Shown here: piece by piece, positions 40,901 through 52,135 of the stretch
Layout of the letters: the number at the start of each line of letters is the position of its first letter
Position numbering within the stretch: position 1 is the first letter of the stretch
Assembly: GCA_051362555.1 (NCBI GenBank)
Contig: CM120644.1
Location: 13,104,567-13,168,566, forward strand
Direction of reading: 5' to 3'
Source: Lingula anatina
Lineage: Eukaryota; Animalia; Brachiopoda
DNA: 64,000 nt
The notes under the pieces: model-generated
Database searches by the model: none
What the model was told of the DNA's origin: nothing
The model's input: the letters and a program-made list of their open reading frames with translations, nothing else
Position numbers and translations under genes: made by a program

Positions 40901-41108
40901 TTAAGTGTTTTAAGAAAATGTTTACTATTGAGAAGCATTCATCATATTTCAGGAACTGAACCACCAGTTACTTTATCCCATTCCTCACCCAGGCGCTTTC
41001 ATTCCTACGCCCTCTATGTTACAGACCAGTCGGCCAGCGTCAACTCCAATTCTAGGAGGCGGAAAAATAACGGTATCCAAGCAAGAGCCACAGCCAAAGA
41101 ATGCGTAG
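28392..41108 (+). CDS. MLLT10: Protein AF-10 (MLLT10/MLLT6 family; DOT1L cofactor): N-terminal PHD-Zn knuckle-PHD (PZP) and OM-LZ domain; ~866 aa, 17 exons
   Basis: Exons 28392-28500, 28855-28934, 29765-29819, 30376-30485, 31041-31144, 34018-34111, 34297-34401, 34785-35338, 35721-35873, 36815-36870, 37316-37439, 37677-37768, 38241-38527, 38859-38982, 39578-39728, 40063-40309, 40953-41108 (2601 nt, in frame). N-terminal motifs: MKEMVGGCCVCSDEHGWADNPLVYCDGHGCNVAVHQACYGIVHVPTGPWFCRKCESQERAAKVRCELCP..WAHVVCALYIPEVRFGNVTTMEPI..FHVTCAQ..VKYCGYC. OM-LZ: MEELLERQWEQGSTFL..IASLLSCLNQLRQENMRLENHIRSLASRRDHL. Low-complexity middle and C-terminal exons are less certain. Confidence 0.93.
30471..30705 (+). 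repeat. Degenerate ~70-bp tandem repeat starting at the 3' end of AF10 exon 4
   Basis: 3-4 units of GAGATA(C/T)ACCAGGGT(A/T)AG-(GA)n-GGAGG..TCTAC(T/A)TATAT at ~30473, ~30547, ~30614 and ~30692. Confidence 0.6.
31241..31702 (+). repeat. Near-perfect 231-bp tandem duplication spanning the intron flank and the 5' end of the HINE-like element
   Basis: The sequence from (CA)n-CTATGGAGGTGCAAGC through ATTGTACCACCAGCG..CCGCCGGCTCCTGCGGCTCC occurs twice with a 231-bp period (identical ORF starts at 31340 and 31571). Confidence 0.9.
31614..33970 (+). mobile_element. Non-autonomous Helentron-associated (HINE/DINE-1/pearl-like) element, copy 1, in AF10 intron 5
   Basis: 5' subTIR ATTGTACCACCAGC with an adjacent hairpin (TGTACCACCAGCG-TAGG-CGCTGGCGGTACA); GC-rich 9-mer microsatellite (GCTCCTGCG/GCTCCGCCG); internal tandem array; 3' subTIR GCTGGTGGTACAAT; 3' palindrome GAGGCGGTATCGCCTC; end CTAGT in a T-rich site. 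No TSD or transposase ORF seen. Confidence 0.8.
32631..33780 (+). repeat. 146-bp tandem satellite array (~8 units) inside HINE copy 1
   Basis: The anchor TCTCCAAAACTGGCAGAGATAGG recurs at 32631, 32777, 32923, 33069, 33214, 33360, 33506 and ~33651. Confidence 0.95.
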
Positions 41109-41691
41109 TAATTGCAGAGCTCTGAATGTTGGGTATAGGATATATCATTTTATTGGTACTGTTCTTTTTTCCATTGGAACAAAGTTACAATTTGATTCTG
41201 TTTGAGTCAGTTTATTAAAGAGTTCAAAGGTATGATTTCTCAAGCGTTTTTTGTTTAAGTTTTTAACTTGGGTACTGGTGTTAAGATGACACTATTTCTT
41301 ATATTATTATAATTATTCAGAAAAGAAATTCAGTTAAATTGGGAATTGTTATATTGTAACACTAACAGGATCATTATGATAGAATGTGGTTCTCTATTTT
41401 TACCAGAATTATATCAAAATATTCCTAATTTACTTTAGGGTCAACTTTTAATTACTATAATTATTCTTTACATTTATTTTCTACAAGCTCACTAAAACTT
41501 ATTTTTATTATAAGTTTCATAATTTTAGTGAAAAAAAGTTATATACAAACAGTTGTTGTGAATGTTTAATACCTGGAATTTCTGGCCAAGTCTAAGCGGC
41601 AGAAGTATCATGTTTATTTTTTTCATAGTGATTGATCTGTGGTATTTTATTGTTTAGTCTTCCAAATTTCATTCATATTGGCCTGTGCTAG

Positions 41692-41734
<43 letters not shown>

Positions 41735-41957
41735 GGGAGGCTATTAATTATTTTTTCCTGCTACAAATGCATTTGATGACAAAGCAAATTTGTAGTGAAT
41801 TTGTATAACCATTCAATTTGGCTTATGCCAAGTAAAATAAGAGTTGTCTTTGGAGAGGAGTAAAAGATGAGTCTGGGTATCTTTGTGTTAAAACTTCATC
41901 AAAGGATGATCAGTTAGGATAAGAAAGATTCTAGTGAAGCAGGAATTTATTTATTTT

Positions 41958-41988
<31 letters not shown>

Positions 41989-42430
41989 CGAAGCACACGG
42001 CCAAAGTTCATTGTTCCACAATTACTAACGCTGCAAGAAGAAACTACAGGAGTTATCATGAATAATAAAATGTAACCAATTTTTTCTCTCTTTGATGGAA
42101 ATAAGGGTTGAGGAAAGCAAATGTTGCATATGTAACTAGCTGCTTTTTTATACAAAAATATACCATTATTGCTGACAATATTTGTAAATGTTAAATCCAG
42201 CTTTGAACTTTTGACAGGAGTCATTTTTGCCACATTTTTCACAGCAAGTTTGGATAAAAACTACGGGTACTGTAAAAAAATGAAAACGTGTATCAACATA
42301 TATATTTTTGTCACATAGGGATATATATGTAATCAGCAGTACTAATAGCACCATGCCTAAGCTTTACACGCGGTCGAGCCATCTGGAGATGCGAAACCGA
42401 GAGGAAGTTATGATATTTAGAGCGCTTTCC

Positions 42431-42591
42431 GAACAGCAGACTAACAGGTCCGCGGATCAAATTTGGCGACCCACTAAAGAGCTTGCCGCTTAATACACGA
42501 TCAGATACTGAATAGATTATGGGGATGACGCAACAAACATTCAAAGGGGGGGGGGGCATATTTGATACGCAGATCTGTTAGTTTGCTGTTC
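42431..42591. mobile_element. Short palindromic MITE-like element (family with 50342-50484 and 60928-61080)
   Basis: GAACAGCAGACTAACAGGTCCGCGGATCAAAT pairs with ATTTGATACGCAGATCTGTTAGTTTGCTGTTC. Core TGGCGACCCACT..GCTTGCCG. Confidence 0.65.
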
Positions 42592-43691
42592 TGATTATAT
42601 TAGATGCGAAACGATGGTTTCAGAAAGGGAATTTCTTGGCCTCGCTGACGTTGAATCTGTGGGCGTGGTTTCAAGAACGAGATTTTCGTTTCTCCTTTTC
42701 TCCAACATTAGCTCGTGGTGGAGCAGTTATAATATAATTATACATTACTGATGTTGATAGTCACTTGTGTTATTTAGTTATCAACATTATACAGAATGTG
42801 GCAAACGATACATTTATTCAGTGTTAATAGTGGCATGTGAATTGTTAAGTAAATCAATAATATTATTCTTATTATTGTTATTGTTGATGATGATGACGTA
42901 AAGTAAGAAGTAAAATCTTCAATCAACTAACTTTTTGCCATTTTTGTGTCAAGGCATTATGATGAAAGCAGTTATGTATATTTATTATTTGGATTTTTGT
43001 AATGGGTACAGGCCGATAGTAAACAATGTATGGTATTTTTAATGGGACGGCAGTTGGTGAACGTTAATGGCCTTTTATTTACAGAAAAATTTTTGTGTGT
43101 GTCTATTCAGTTTAATTAGTTTGCCACAGCCTCCCTTTTTTAATGAATGGTGGTTTTTCGCATAAAGATCTATTTCATGAAATGTGTAGAATTGATCCTA
43201 AACTAAGCCACAAAAAGACTTCCGTGTACGAGGAGGACGTTGCACTGGTGAATTCTCTAACAATTTTAGAAGAGCGGAACACGATAGCTTTTTAATAATG
43301 CACTAAAATGGTTGGATTATTGGTAGGTGTATATATGAATTGCCAGTCGTTGTATTTAGTTGCTGTATATTTTAATGTTAGATTTTAAAATATGTGTACA
43401 TAATTATTACATGGATTCCACGTGGTTTTGTATTCAGGCGCTCACTCTGGGGCACGGTAATGTAGTACAAGTGTTTATTATTGAATAATTTGTTAATTAT
43501 TGTATAATTGTATTCTAGTTATTCCTGAATTTATATTAAAGCATGCTTTTCAGAGTATCCGTCGTTTTTGTTTCCTCTTATTATTGTGCCACGTCTTGGA
43601 TGTGCCTGATGTTCTCAGTTGCACCTTCGACTGGCTTTTTTCTCCGACTTTGCCTGATATAATTTTTTTCTTCGTACCTTTCACATAATTC

Positions 43692-45990
43692 ATTGTACCA
43701 CCAGCGTTAGCGCTGGCGGTACACATGGTTTTAGTCCCGTCCGGATCGTTCCGCCGGCTCCGCCGGCTCCGCCGGACGGCTACCGTTACCGCTTCTCCTC
43801 CTAGACGGTAAGGGCCCCTGTACCCATCTCTTTGATTTAGGTCACCTATAATCTCAACTCGTTCCACGTAAAATTTGGGCTTTGTCAGTTTTGGGGTCTA
43901 GGTGTGGCACTCATTACAATGCACCCTTGTCTAAAAATGGCAAAATTAAATGCTAATTATCTACCCTACGGAAGGAATTATGGGAAAAATTTCTACAGAC
44001 GGCTTTCCAAAAGTCATATGTGTAGATTTCAAATATGCCCTTGGATTTGACCTTTGACCTTTATTTCAAGGTCAAACGGGCCAAAATTTTCAAAAAAATG
44101 AATTTTTTTACGAAAAAATAATTATTTGCCCTGTTATTCAGACACCACACAGACTTAACCAATAATATTATTGGAAAGTGAATTTGGGGTCAATCGGTGC
44201 ATTTTCACGGGAGTAGCGGCCATAAGATACCGAAACTGAAAACTGTCTCTAATTCGGGAACCGTTAATGCTAGAGACCCATTCTTTTTTGCATTTTGTAG
44301 AGCATGTAAAGCCCAACACTGGAAGTGGTCTCGGTTTTTTTGTATTCCATACGATTTTCGAGTTACACTGTATCAAAAAGTACATATTGGTGGTGAAAGC
44401 AAAATGTGCAGTACGGTAATGGATAATAAATTTTGAACTCCGGAAAAATAAAACATAAGGCTTGGCAAAGCAGACAACTTGTGGTCAAAAATGACATTAT
44501 TTCATCAAATTTGAACATCTGGAACTTCAGAGCACCTCCCATTTCAAGAATTTTGACCAAAATGACCTTTTCTTTATTTAAATTAATTTTTTCTGTACGA
44601 AATTTATGGCACATTATGGTAACTCCAAAATTATAACATTTAGTCCCTTATATCTCCAAAACTGGCAGAGATAGGTCCATAGTTACTATTGAAGTTGATT
44701 AGGAAGTCATATACTGGCAATCTAAATGTGACCTTAAAATTGACCTTTGACCTACTTTTCACCATGAACTGGACTTTGCAAATTTTGCTTCCCCTTTATC
44801 TCCAAAACTGGCAGAGATAGGTCCATATTTACTATTGAAGTTGAATAGGAAGTCATATACTGGCAATCTAAATGTGACCTCAAAATTGACCTTTGACCTA
44901 CTTTTCACCATGAACTGAACTTTGCAAATTTTGGTTCCCTTTTATCTCCAAAACTGGCAGAGATAGGTCCATAGTTACTATTGAACTTGAATAGGAAGTC
45001 ATATACTGGCAATCTAAATGTGACCTTGAAATTGACCTTTGACCTAATTTTTACCATGAACTGAACTTTGCAAATTTTGGTTCCCTTTTATTTCCAAAAC
45101 TGGCAGAGATAGGTCCATAGTTACTATTGAAGTTGAATAGGAAGTCATATACTGGCAATCTAAATGTGACCTTGAAATTGACCTTTGACCTACTTTTCAC
45201 CATGAACTGAACTTTGCAAATTTTGCTTCCCTTTTATCTCCAAAACTGGCAGAGATAGGTCCATAGTTACTATTGAAGTTGAATAGGAAGTCATATACTG
45301 GCAATCTTAATGTGACCTTAAAATTGACCTTTGACCTACTTTTCACCATGAACTGAACTTTGCAAATTTTGCTTCCCTTTTATCTCCAAAACTGGCAGAG
45401 ATAGGTCCATAGTTACTATTGAAGTTGAATAGGAAGTCATATACTGGCAATCTAAATGTGACCCTGAAATTGACCTTTGACCTACTTTTCACCATGAACT
45501 GAACTTTGCAAATTTTGCTTCCCTTTTATCAACAAAACTGGCAGAGATAGGTCCATAGTTGCTATTGAACATGAATAGGAAGTCATATACTGGCAATCTA
45601 AATGTGACCTTGAAATTGACCTTTGACCTACTTTTCACCATGAAGTGAACTTTGCAAATTTTGGTTCCCTTTTATCTCCAAATCTGGCAGAGATAGATCC
45701 ATAGTTACTATTGAAGTTGAATAAGAATTCATATACTGGCAATTTACTGTGACCTTGAAATTGACCTTTGACCTACCTTACGATGAACTTAACTTTGATT
45801 GTACCATTTTTAGTCATATATGTTTTTTGCATATTTTGAAAATTCTTGTTGATTGCATTTTTACAGCTTGTCAAGCACAAGACTGGTGGCTATGTCCCTT
45901 ATTTTGTGTATGTGGGGGTTTATACGAATGCGCTTGCTCCAGCTGGTGGTACAATATTCGGAGGCGGTATCGCCTCTCTGATCCTCTAGT
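43692..45990 (+). mobile_element. HINE-like element, copy 2, downstream of AF10 (same orientation as copy 1)
   Basis: Same subTIRs, hairpins, microsatellite and CTAGT end as copy 1, and highly similar throughout. It lacks the ~30-bp segment found at ~32130-32158 in copy 1. Confidence 0.8.
44653..45800 (+). repeat. 146-bp tandem satellite array (~8 units) inside HINE copy 2
   Basis: Anchor at 44653, 44799, 44945, 45091, 45237, 45383, 45529 and 45675. Confidence 0.95.
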
Positions 45991-46840
45991 TTGCACTGTT
46001 TTTAAAAAGTGAAAAAAAAACATTGCTTTCAATAACTAAAAAAATCGTACCTGAATTTAAACAGATTTATTAGGTAGAACACCAGGGCCAGTTTCTGAAT
46101 TTCATGGTGTGACATCTTCATTTCGTCATAAGCGTATGGACCCCGAATTTCAGGGAAATAAAGAAATTCACCTCCGCTTAGGAATCATTCTTCGCCAGTC
46201 ACAAACTGCAAACTAAACTAGATATACAAAACTTCATCACGTTCCTTTATGATTGGAAAATCCTTAGGACGTGACTTGACCCCTGATTTAAATGAAAGAA
46301 AGAAAAAAGAGCAATGCACTATGGGTATCAGTTTCCAAGGGAATGATTCACAACTGGATCATTTAAATGAATGTAATCTCGATATGACATGACAAGAAAA
46401 TTACGCTCAGTTGTTCCCCTGTCACCCGCATGGACACTATATGCAGCTAGGAAATTAAAACATTTGATTAATGAGTGCCCGATTTTTGTTCACTTTTTAT
46501 GTGGTTATTTTCTTTCCGCTGATACGAAAGCTATTGCAAATGTCGCTGTCTGAATGACTTTTAGGTATTCGCTATCGTACACCATTGAAAACAACAGTCA
46601 ATCTTAATTAATTAATTAATTTATTTGTTTGTATTTGCAATTCAAACGTAGGGTGCTGTAGACAGATGCCTGGGGAAAATACAGCTAATGTGAAAGGTTT
46701 ATTACGACCATCCATCAGAAATGCTTTTAGCACTAGCCATCAGGCTTAAAAACTTACCCATTTTGCGTTTTCTAAAAAGGAGTCCGACTTCTGTTGAAAC
46801 TAAAAGTAAGTGGCGCATCACTCAGTGCTTTTTTCAATCG

Positions 46841-46888
<48 letters not shown>

Positions 46889-46952
46889 GCTATTGCTGTT
46901 ATCAGAAAATTGATTTTTTCCACTTAAACTCAGCACTGAAGTAAACCATTAA

Positions 46953-47175
46953 GGACCCCTTTACACTGGACGGCGTCCTTTCTGCGTCCAGCAGTACGGC
47001 CCCATTTGAGAGTTAAAAAATTATAATACTTTACGTGCCGACAACTGGCCGATCATTGAGCATTCATTCTGATACAAAATCAATGCTTGTGCCTCCTTAT
47101 TAAGACCACAGCGATGCCAAATTCCATGGTCGCAGAAAGGACGCAGAAAGGACGCCGTCCAGTGTAAAGGGGGTA
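46953..47175. mobile_element. PIF/Harbinger-type (Tourist-like) MITE
   Basis: ~35-bp TIR CCCCTTTACACTGGACGGCGTCCTTTCTGCG / CGCAGAAAGGACGCCGTCCAGTGTAAAGGGG, flanked by TAA on both sides (46950-46952, 47176-47178), matching a TWA-type TSD. Confidence 0.75.
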
Positions 47176-48682
47176 TAAGTAAGCGTGCGCAAAGATGATG
47201 GAGTAACCGGCTGCTGTTTTCTTTGCGCCAACCGGCTTCAAAAGACTATTCAAATACGTTTACCGACAGCAACATATTTCTAACGTAAGTACTTATGTTG
47301 ATATCATCCGCTAATATCTTCAAAGATGCAAGAACGTTGCCCTCCAGAGAAGAACAAAACGGATGTGCTTTTGGCATGATACCGCTAGAGTTAATTTGAA
47401 GGGAAAAAATTACATGGCACCTTACGTTTGGTAAATGATTTACCGTAACATGATTGCTTCCTCAAATTTGATTATTTAGAGACTCGCCAAAAATGAGTTT
47501 AGCCCTTATAAAGTATATGTAAAGCATCAGATGTAATAAACCGGTTATGAATTTATAAAGAGCATAAGGGGAAAATATTGATATGTTCGTCCACAAGGCC
47601 TATCTCTCCAATGAAATTCCTGAAAAAGCAAATATGGTACATATTCTTCAAAAGATAATGACGGTAGCATTTCTCTTTATTTTTAAAATTATACAAACAT
47701 AAATAATAATAAAATATATTAATAAATAAATAAACAAACAGAAATTAAATAGGACAAAGTATATAAAATGTATTGCGCAATCGTTTCATAATCCCGGTTG
47801 GTTTTTACAGTAGTTGCTCGCCTTCAGACTAGCTTTCAATCATTAATAATCCGTGCTCCTTTTAAATCATGGATGTCAGACACTCCAATTACCACGGGTC
47901 GGTGCTCCAGTGAAATTATCCATCATTTCGTCATGGTAATTCACAGTAATTGAATATATTCTACCCGCGAGGGCAAGATTTGTGTAACTGATTTGCGGTG
48001 TTGTTGACATGTTATGAGATTAGTGCAACCAGAGAGGAGCTAACTTATTCGGCATGGAGACTAAAATGAAGTTAAAAGACCTTGGATACCAAAGCTAAAA
48101 TGTGTAGGCCTATATTTTCTCTCACATCACCATTTTCACGTGTCTTTAAACCGTACGCTTAGGGGAAGAGGGTAAATACCAGCTGTATGCTTTTGAAAAA
48201 TAATAAAAATGATGACCTAAATTGCTGTCAAAGGTCATCATTTTAACTTTTCACCTTTCTACGCTCTGAAGGGGGCATGACTGGGAAGTCTACGATTTGT
48301 AGACTTAGCTTGTGTTGATGATGATAAATATGGATGACCCCTTACGGTTCCCGCCGCCATTGACCGATCTTGGGACCCGTATATAGATATATATATTCAG
48401 CCCGAGAATTGATCTAAACTTTGAGGACAAAAAATTAGTTTATTGTGAGCTAAAATAAATTAATTGTCAGTTTGTTTTTTGCTGCCATCTGGCGGTCAAG
48501 ACGGGTGGCAGTGATATGTCGACCACGACCAAACCCGTCAGAAGGCAGATTCAGAGTCGAAAAAGATCTGCATCGTTTGCAAGCTTCTAGATCGATATTT
48601 GTGTGATGTAAAGGGTCAAATCAAAAGCTACCACCTTAAGATAAAACAGCCCAGGGCGTACTTCTGCCAGAAATTTATCTAT

Positions 48683-48729
<47 letters not shown>

Positions 48730-48856
48730 TTCTTTGCATGTGTGAAGACCTAATTTTTTAATTTTCTAAATCCGGTTCCTTGGACTTGTCAATCCGCACA
48801 AACTCTGAGGTGCACAATCACGCGCAATTCAAATTCAAATTGACAGCTTGACAGCG

Positions 48857-49484
48857 CGCTGTGCCGAAGGTTCGCTGTGCCGAGGGTTCACTGTGCCGAC
48901 AAAACCGGAAAATTGGTCTAAAATCGGCTAAGTTTTTCCGGAGCCCCAAAATCAAATGTTCGCTATGCCGATGGTTCGCTGTGCCGAAAGGGTCGCTGCG
49001 CCGAGGGTTCGCTGCGCCGAAAAAGTCGGCCACCCATCACCCATTGTGCTTGTTATGTAACGTGGCGAGCAGTGGCCTTTTTAGAAAATAAACGAGTTTT
49101 AAAAGTTCTCTTCTTCCATCCGTACCATTTGGATTTGTTAAAACTGCGCATTGAAGGTTTATCCTTATGGACATAAACATCTTAAATCGCTTTAAATAAT
49201 CAGTTCTGTAAGTTAATTTATTAATTATTTTTGGCACTATGGGCGTCACCCACATTTAGGAAATTACTGACAAGAAAACATTCTCTAATTATTTTTGGCG
49301 AACTTGTTGTAGTTATTGGGTGTGTGTAAAATTAACATCTTTTTAAAAACAATCGGCATAGCGAACCCTCGGTATAGCGAACCTTCGGCTCAGCGAACCC
49401 TCGGCATAACGAACCTTCGGCATAGCGAACCCTCGGCACAGCGAACCTTCGGCATAGCGAACCTTCGGCATAGCGAAGCGCACC
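48857..49484. mobile_element. Non-autonomous DNA element with arms made of inverted 17-bp tandem repeats
   Basis: Left arm (48857-49020): repeats of GGTTCGCT(G/A)TGCCGA(A/G). Right arm (49353-49478): about 7 reverse-complement copies of TCGGCATAGCGAACC(T/C), ending GCGCACCCG. Confidence 0.75.
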
Positions 49485-50341
49485 CGTGACCCTCGAGCTA
49501 TCTACCGCATACAAAACTGAATTTTGTCGAAATATGTGCCGTGTTTGGTGGATTAAACTGGTCAATGCGATTTGTAACTCATTAAACCATGGGCAATATA
49601 ACCAATGGGGCCCTTTGGTTATTTTGTCCATATGATTAAAATGAGAAAGTGACATAACCAAGAGTATCAAAGTAAATGGTCGTTTAATTTCCAAGACAGA
49701 AAGAAATGTACAAGCAAATTAGCGATAAGAAATTGGCAAAAGAGAATACTTATTTCAATGGCGCCAAATTAATAGAGATGAACAGACGATACCTGCCATT
49801 TGACGTTTACAGTCTACTTGTCTGTTAAATAAACTTGATTATCCATTTTAACTGTCATTTGCCCCCCACGTGTTACACATTAATGACATAATCATATTAG
49901 TTAGACATTATGCGACACCCACATTTCCAGACCAGTAAAACCAATTCGTTCTTTGTTAATATACTGAAAGAATACCCATCAACGCTATTTTTCCCAGTGG
50001 ATTGGAGAACATTGCGAAGTCAGAATGTCAAATTCGATCAATTATTGAGAAAATGTCATTTGTAACTCTTACTAGACTAATAAAGGTAATTACATCGACA
50101 CTCCGTCACCATAGAAAAATAAATGTCATTGAGTGAAGGATAGGCCAATTAAGATAGTTGCGCTACCGTATGATGGCGATCGAAACCTAATAATGGAATA
50201 TTGACGGCGTAGGAAAGTGCCCGGTTTGACGGAATCTAATTTTCAGAAAAAGTACAAAGGAGGTGTACTGTTATGGGAAATTGTGAGGGGAAGGTGGTCT
50301 GTTACTAGCACATTATGGTGACATGGGCCGCATTCAGAGCA

Positions 50342-50484
50342 GTGGACTAACTAGCCCGAGGGTCAAATATGGCGACCCACTACAACGCTTGCCGTCTAAT
50401 CTGCTAATAGTCGCTGAGTAGATGTCCCGTGGGGAGGTATTCAAGTGGGTTGGCCATATTTGACCCTCGGACTAGTTAGTCCAC
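50342..50484. mobile_element. Short palindromic MITE-like element
   Basis: GTGGACTAACTAGCCCGAGGGTCAAATATGG pairs with CCATATTTGACCCTCGGACTAGTTAGTCCAC. Core shared with the 42431 and 60928 copies. Confidence 0.7.
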
Positions 50485-52135
50485 TCGGACTAGTTAGCCA
50501 TGGTCAAAACTTATTTTACGAAAGAGTGCGGCCGTTTTCCACCAAAATGTAAAAATTATTATTATTTCTTTTTCATGTTTTGTAACTGTGAAATATAACA
50601 CCCGTGGTCGCATGAAGGGTAGTATTGCTCTTTTTTCATCCTAGTTTCATCCGGTAAAGCGTTCCTTAGAATTTACATTGACAAAGCATGATATACCGGG
50701 TACAAAACGAAGGTACCACGTAAGAAGCGATGCTGAAGAAGATAATGTGTGCAAATGAATTTACAATGCGCTTACAGCAGTAGTTTCCTTTAAGTACATA
50801 ACTGTAACTCGGTAACCTTGTCAGCCTTGATTTACATGCTTTTTCCTGAAAAATAGCTAGCTCTTTGAAAAAAATCAGCACAGGCGACAGACGGGATTAC
50901 AAATGTATGTCTACAACGTTAGGCAATCAAAACAGAATGATGGAAAAATGAAAATGGAATAAAAAACATGAGTCTGGTAGAATTGATGGAGTGATAGAGG
51001 GATGTGAGTGCGCCTTGATCGTGGGGTGTTTTGGGGTGAATCCTAGGCTAGAAATGGAAACTCAGTCCTCCCAGTTTAATGGTTTTTCTGATCGCCGATA
51101 AGGCTTTCCGTTCCCTCGCCTCAGTGTATTGGAACAAATTGCAGATTGGTGTCGATATTGCCTGACAAAGCTAACCAAACAGCAAACAATGTTGATAAGA
51201 ATAAGATGAGAGAAAAAGGAAATATGTGCCTATGCACTAATTGCATCTTATTATACAGTATAAAACACTGAAGGAGGGAGAAAAATAGCGAAAATAACTT
51301 GTATGAAAGGAGAGGAGATTTATAAGCGAAACAACGAAAGAAGCTCAAACTGAAGCGCATAGAACATCGTTCTGTCACAGTGTACTACCAAAGCGTTATG
51401 TCAGAGTGAATTCGCAATAGATTGAAGAAGCAGGTAGGATGTGATTTAAATACCTTTACAAACCCTTCACAGACAGCAAAAGCATAGTATTAATCTTGCT
51501 GAAATTTTATGGAGGAAGTACATGTTCTTTTTTTTTTTTTTGGGGGGGGGGGTGTTGTTGAATTTTAGACAAGGTAAAGTTCGCATACATGTATTTGGTT
51601 ATACATGCCGTTTGCATCTTCATTTTCCCCATAGGTAAATGTTTTATAAATGGCTTCATATTGTGTTATGAGTAATGCATGTGCATTGACCCTCGTAAAT
51701 AATAGAAAGTGTAAGTTTCTGGGAAATCCCAATCAAAATATATAGCTAAAAGCAAGAATGTCTCATTGGTAGTGAAAGGTTACATGGTTGGTAATGGACA
51801 GTCAGCGTGAGTACCCGGAAACGCGAGGTGAAGGACGGGGTATTATTTTTAAAAAAGAGCCATCACCAGAACTCGGATAGGCAGGGTACATTTAGCATGG
51901 GGCAACAGGGTTTAATCTAGGCTTGATAAAAAGAGCCGCAGCAAAATGAAGTGACACTTCTGACTACGTTTCCGTTACAAAGTGGTACATGTCTGTTACC
52001 TAAAATTATCAGCAGGCACAGAGCTAAATATAGTGTCCCTATCTAGGCGTGTATAGCCCAGAGGTGTAGGCATAACCATCAGCATACGATTGCATGTGCG
52101 TATTATTGAACATACTATCCATCAAAGCGGGCTGC

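Noticed and set aside
48148-48343. Possible Harbinger-type MITE ending ATGGATGACCCCTTA
   Set aside because: Only one plausible terminus and no matching left TIR, so it is too decayed to call.
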